Positions 57,711 to 61,107 of a DNA stretch of 61,107 nt are shown piece by piece (position 1 is the first letter of the stretch; each line of letters starts with the position of its first letter). The translations under genes and the position numbers were made by a program. This stretch comes from Candidatus Hydrogenedens sp. (lineage in GTDB: Bacteria; Hydrogenedentota; Hydrogenedentia; Hydrogenedentales; Hydrogenedentaceae), in the NCBI GenBank assembly GCA_049968235.1, contig JBMFRC010000018.1, positions 1-61,107 on the forward strand. The letters run 5' to 3'. The notes beneath the pieces were generated by a model. The model ran no database searches. It was not told the DNA's origin and was given only the letters and a program-made list of their open reading frames with translations.

Positions 57711-60700
57711 TTATTGCCTTTGTAACTTTCTTTGAATTATCAAAACAGAAGATATTACACTAATTATTGTTATAAGTATTCCGAGATACCATACATTATA
57801 TGCAGGTATAGGCTTTGATACTGTAAGCAAGCAGGAATTCGATGCAATTGTTGACTTATTGTCACTTATCTCGACCCAGTAAGTACCTGTATCTTCCACT
57901 GTTGCATTGTTGATAACTAAGGAAGGAGCATCTTCTCCAACATTATATATTTCTGTACTACTATTTTTAGGTTGATATTTCCATAGATAATGAATATCTC
58001 CCAGACCTCCTGTTACTGCAACAGAAAATGTCCATGTATCTCCTTCTGTAATAGAACCTCCTTGAGGTTGGAGTGTAATAGTGATTCGTTGTCCTATCAA
58101 TACATGTGCGACATCAGAAAATAAATTGTCTTTTACATCATATACCTGAACAACATAATCTCCGGATAAGGAATCATCTAAAGGCGGAGATATATAAATG
58201 GGAGAAGTATTTTCTTCAGAGATAATCTCTCCATTTTTATACCATGCGTATCGTTTGATTCCAAAGCCATCTGTAGTTTCCACATCCAGTTCAAAATGTT
58301 CTGCTTCATCAACATACATTGTTACATCTAACGGGTGGCGAGTAATGGCAAGGTTTTCACCAGCATACACTCTACATTTATTCGATTGTAGTGATTCCCG
58401 TTCATCTTGAGAAACTATGTAGTATTCACCGTCCCGTTCTTTTGTCGGATAACCTAATTCGAGAACTGTGATATTTGTCCCTATTTTTTCGGGTCCATTT
58501 CCTTTGTCATACCACCATTGATAACTTAAGTTACCCATCCCACCTGTTAATGATACAGAAAGCGTGAGAGGTTCATTATAAGGGGCAAATACAATAGGTT
58601 CTAAATCCTCGGTATAATTCATATGCTCTGCAAAAAGAATATCAGCCGAATCCGAAACTAAAGTATTATCAGGTACCACATCCCATACCTGACAGGTATA
58701 TACTCCTGATAACTCAGGAACTAAAGGTGAGAATGTATAAGTTTGCTGATTATTTATTCCGGGAGCGGGTTCTCCATTTCGAAGCCAGAGGAATTGAATT
58801 GTTCCATACCCACCTTCTGTTTCAACAGAAACAGTATATTCACTTAATTCATCTGTATAAGCACGTATCCCTACAGGATGGTTTGTAATCGCCAATGGAT
58901 TATCGACTATGATAAGTTCAGCAAGATTGGATACCACAGTATTATATCCTGCATCCGTTATTTCAACTAAGTATAAGTCTTCGTTCGTTTCGGTAAGGTT
59001 TGATAGATAAAGTTCTTTCCCCGAAGGTTGTAAGGCAGAGTGTAATAAACCCTGTGAATTTCCATACCATTTGAAAAGTAAGGGTTGTATTCCTCCGGAT
59101 GTTTCTACTCGGAACAATACAGATTGCCCCGGATTGCGAACTGTTGATTCCGGATGTAATATAATGGTGAGTTTTTCTTGAACATGTAAATACCCTGAAG
59201 TGGATACTACCGTTGTTCCCGTGCCATCGCTATCGGTAACAGCACAACGATATAGCCCTGTATCGCTCAGTAAAATATTATTTATTGTTAGTGTATCAGT
59301 ATCTGCTCCGTTATATTTTGCTGAATTTGGTAATGCTTCACCTATATCTATTTCCCCATTATTATTTTCATCTTTAAACCATTGATAAACATATCCGGGG
59401 GAACCTCCACTGGGTAAAACCACCAATGGAACTGATACCGTGCCATCATATACCCATACCGAACAAGGCCCATGAACAGTTAATATATCCTGCACAGATA
59501 CTTCAGTACCTCCCGTTTCTACACGGCCCAAAGGTGCAATACCTATTTCATCATAAACTTCAACAGAGTAAATGCCGTTATCTTCAGGTCCCACAGGGGA
59601 AAGTAAGAAATAGGGCATATCAGGTGCAGATAAATTCATACCATTTCGTTTCCATATATAATGTAATTTCCCTTTTCCTCCTGTTGCACTGACCGAGAGA
59701 ATAAGACTATCCCCTTTGGTATATACACCACCTATAGGTGATTGAAGGATATTAACAGCGGGATAAACAACCACGACCGAAGAATTATCACTGCTTTCCG
59801 TGTGAGTGCTATCTGTAACCTCTACGGTGTAAATACCTGTGTGTGCAGTAGTAACATTGTAGATATATAAAAATGGTACAGTAGTGACTGCTATTTCCTG
59901 TCCATCCTTCAGCCAGCGATAGGATTTATTCCCTGTCCCACCGACTACCTGAGCATTTAGTGTTAAAGTGTCTCCTGCATGTATTTCTGTAGCCAGAGGG
60001 GAGATTGCAATATCCATACCAACTTTGATAGAAGCCGTTCTCGAAGATGGAATTGTTGTCGTCCATATTGCTCTATCAGGTATAGTTCCAATTAAATATG
60101 GATTTTCTCCACTTACATAAAGAACAACATCATTAGCATCGGCACCTCCATTATTAACAATAAATATCTGTTTTGCTAAATTAAATATGGAATTGCTTCC
60201 TTCTAAGACTACGAGTTCAACCAGGTCATTCCTGGGAGTAACAACCAGGCTCTTATTCCAGAAATTAGGTTCTGTAAAACCACCTGTAGCAGGACCTCCA
60301 ACTAATTGTGGAATAAGATATCCTTTTTCTGTCGGGTCATAAGGTCTCGGGGCTTGTAATACAGAAAGATTACGCGCACTACCACTAACGATATTATCCA
60401 GAAATGCTGGATTTTGGGGAGTAGTCATATTTGATATGAAAGTAAACCTTCCTCTATAAATATTATCTGTTAAAGTTGTGTAGTTATTGCAAGCAATTGA
60501 GCCTGTTCCTGCAAAGACAATAGAACCATGTAATTTAACCATTCCTGGTGTACCACGACCTCCATTACCGCCAGCACCCGATATGCCACTGGGTCCGCCC
60601 GAACCTCCTATTCCACCAGCACCACCTCTTCCTCCATTTCCTCCTCTACCACCTATAACGGTAATGGGATAACAACTCATCCCAGATAGGTACCCATATA

Positions 60701-61107
60701 TACCTGTGAGTCCCGGGGAACCATCACCACCATTTGCCCAATTATCGCCCGGGCTTATACCTGCAGAGCCAGTATTTGATGGAACAATAGGAGAGCCATT
60801 TTGAGGTGGACCTGCCGAAATATCAATAACACCTCCAAATTGCAACAGACCACGAGCAGAAAGAATAACACATCCTCCTCCATTTCCACCACCACCTCCG
60901 TTACTGCCTTTACTTGCAGTACCACCTTGTCCACCGATACCACCATTTCCTCCTGCTCCTCCTACTCCTCCTGCTCCACCATAGGCATTCTGGGATGTTC
61001 CACATTGACTACATGTATTTGTTCTTGCCATGCCACCACCTCCTCCGCTACCTCCGCTACCTCCTCCACCACCTTGTCCACCACCTTGTCCACCTCCGCC
61101 TCCACCT
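57711..61107 (-). CDS. Giant surface protein (more than 1106 aa; 5' end beyond the window): glycine-rich N-terminal region, at least 8 Ig-like repeats, C-terminal TM anchor with basic tail; paralogue of the protein at 9038-13045
   Basis: No stop between the first Met (61031) and the window edge; the reading frame continues as a Gly/Gln-rich run. Repeats carry GG.G…Y.W…G and G.Y.V.V.D modules. C-terminus KPIPAYNVWYLGILITIISVISSVLIIQRKLQRQ. Confidence 0.7.
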   Translation of the reverse strand, partial: GGGGGGQGGGQGGGGGSGGSGGGGGMARTNTCSQCGTSQNAYGGAGGVGGAGGNGGIGGQGGTASKGSNGGGGGNGGGCVILSARGLLQFGGVIDISAGPPQNGSPIVPSNTGSAGISPGDNWANGGDGSPGLTGIYGYLSGMSCYPITVIGGRGGNGGRGGAGGIGGSGGPSGISGAGGNGGRGTPGMVKLHGSIVFAGTGSIACNNYTTLTDNIYRGRFTFISNMTTPQNPAFLDNIVSGSARNLSVLQAPRPYDPTEKGYLIPQLVGGPATGGFTEPNFWNKSLVVTPRNDLVELVVLEGSNSIFNLAKQIFIVNNGGADANDVVLYVSGENPYLIGTIPDRAIWTTTIPSSRTASIKVGMDIAISPLATEIHAGDTLTLNAQVVGGTGNKSYRWLKDGQEIAVTTVPFLYIYNVTTAHTGIYTVEVTDSTHTESSDNSSVVVVYPAVNILQSPIGGVYTKGDSLILSVSATGGKGKLHYIWKRNGMNLSAPDMPYFLLSPVGPEDNGIYSVEVYDEIGIAPLGRVETGGTEVSVQDILTVHGPCSVWVYDGTVSVPLVVLPSGGSPGYVYQWFKDENNNGEIDIGEALPNSAKYNGADTDTLTINNILLSDTGLYRCAVTDSDGTGTTVVSTSGYLHVQEKLTIILHPESTVRNPGQSVLFRVETSGGIQPLLFKWYGNSQGLLHSALQPSGKELYLSNLTETNEDLYLVEITDAGYNTVVSNLAELIIVDNPLAITNHPVGIRAYTDELSEYTVSVETEGGYGTIQFLWLRNGEPAPGINNQQTYTFSPLVPELSGVYTCQVWDVVPDNTLVSDSADILFAEHMNYTEDLEPIVFAPYNEPLTLSVSLTGGMGNLSYQWWYDKGNGPEKIGTNITVLELGYPTKERDGEYYIVSQDERESLQSNKCRVYAGENLAITRHPLDVTMYVDEAEHFELDVETTDGFGIKRYAWYKNGEIISEENTSPIYISPPLDDSLSGDYVVQVYDVKDNLFSDVAHVLIGQRITITLQPQGGSITEGDTWTFSVAVTGGLGDIHYLWKYQPKNSSTEIYNVGEDAPSLVINNATVEDTGTYWVEISDNKSTIASNSCLLTVSKPIPAYNVWYLGILITIISVISSVLIIQRKLQRQ

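Noticed and set aside
60480-61107. GGN/CCN low-complexity DNA as a possible repeat array or CRISPR
   Set aside because: It has no spacer-repeat periodicity. It is the coding sequence of a Gly-rich protein segment in an open frame continuous with the Ig-repeat protein
1-61107. tRNA, rRNA or other structured RNA genes
   Set aside because: All intergenic gaps are short or AT-rich, and none showed cloverleaf-compatible GC-rich stems by eye. I could not run tRNAscan, so short RNAs (especially in 1-585 and 55902-56217) cannot be fully excluded

Overview
This 61.1 kb window looks like a chromosomal segment from an AT-rich (about 38-40% GC by eye) diderm bacterium (TolC-like outer-membrane factor, Mla-type lipid transport, and beta-barrel outer-membrane protein genes are present; the phylum cannot be assigned from sequence alone). 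It is densely packed with genes on both strands, many in 4-bp-overlap (ATGA/GTGA) operons. It contains no rRNA or CRISPR array that I can see, and no tRNA that I could find by eye. Main blocks, in order: (1) a two-component unit: response regulator with an N-terminal excisionase-type DNA-binding domain, a hybrid histidine kinase and a SixA-like phosphatase, then an outer-membrane beta-barrel gene, a LOG-family gene and a fused membrane transporter/spermidine-synthase-like gene. (2) Two paralogous giant surface proteins built from Ig-like repeats (1335 aa, and more than 1106 aa running off the window end) that share a C-terminal module and a motif-TM-basic tail. (3) A phosphofructokinase gene, then a low-GC restriction-modification-like pair (alpha-class amino-methyltransferase plus an unknown partner). 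(4) A convergent tspO-photolyase pair, and a neurotransmitter:sodium symporter (NSS) family transporter followed by a tiny single-TM gene. (5) A TolC-like gene and an envelope-glycan neighbourhood: an ILEI/FAM3-like domain protein coupled to a WecA-like transferase, dTDP-rhamnose genes rmlB and rmlD, and a nucleotidyltransferase with an acetyltransferase-type beta-helix. (6) Ribokinase, ribulose-phosphate 3-epimerase and a YdjC-family deacetylase. (7) Housekeeping genes ftsY, a uracil-DNA glycosylase family gene, an M20 peptidase gene and nagA. (8) The most unusual locus: a partner-switching module (FHA-GAF-PP2C phosphatase, RsbW-like kinase, STAS protein) translationally fused into an MlaE-MlaF-MlaD-lipoprotein operon. 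(9) A Gfo/Idh/MocA oxidoreductase split by one in-frame TGA. (10) A PtsN-like EIIA domain fused to a C4 zinc-ribbon, in an operon with a cNMP-binding protein and a sodium:solute symporter (SSS) family transporter that is itself followed in-frame by a 49-aa TM micro-ORF. (11) aroE, a HIT gene, rsmE, a stand-alone AICAR-formyltransferase domain gene, a sigma-70 family factor and apt. All domain calls rest on motif recognition by eye; no searches were run.
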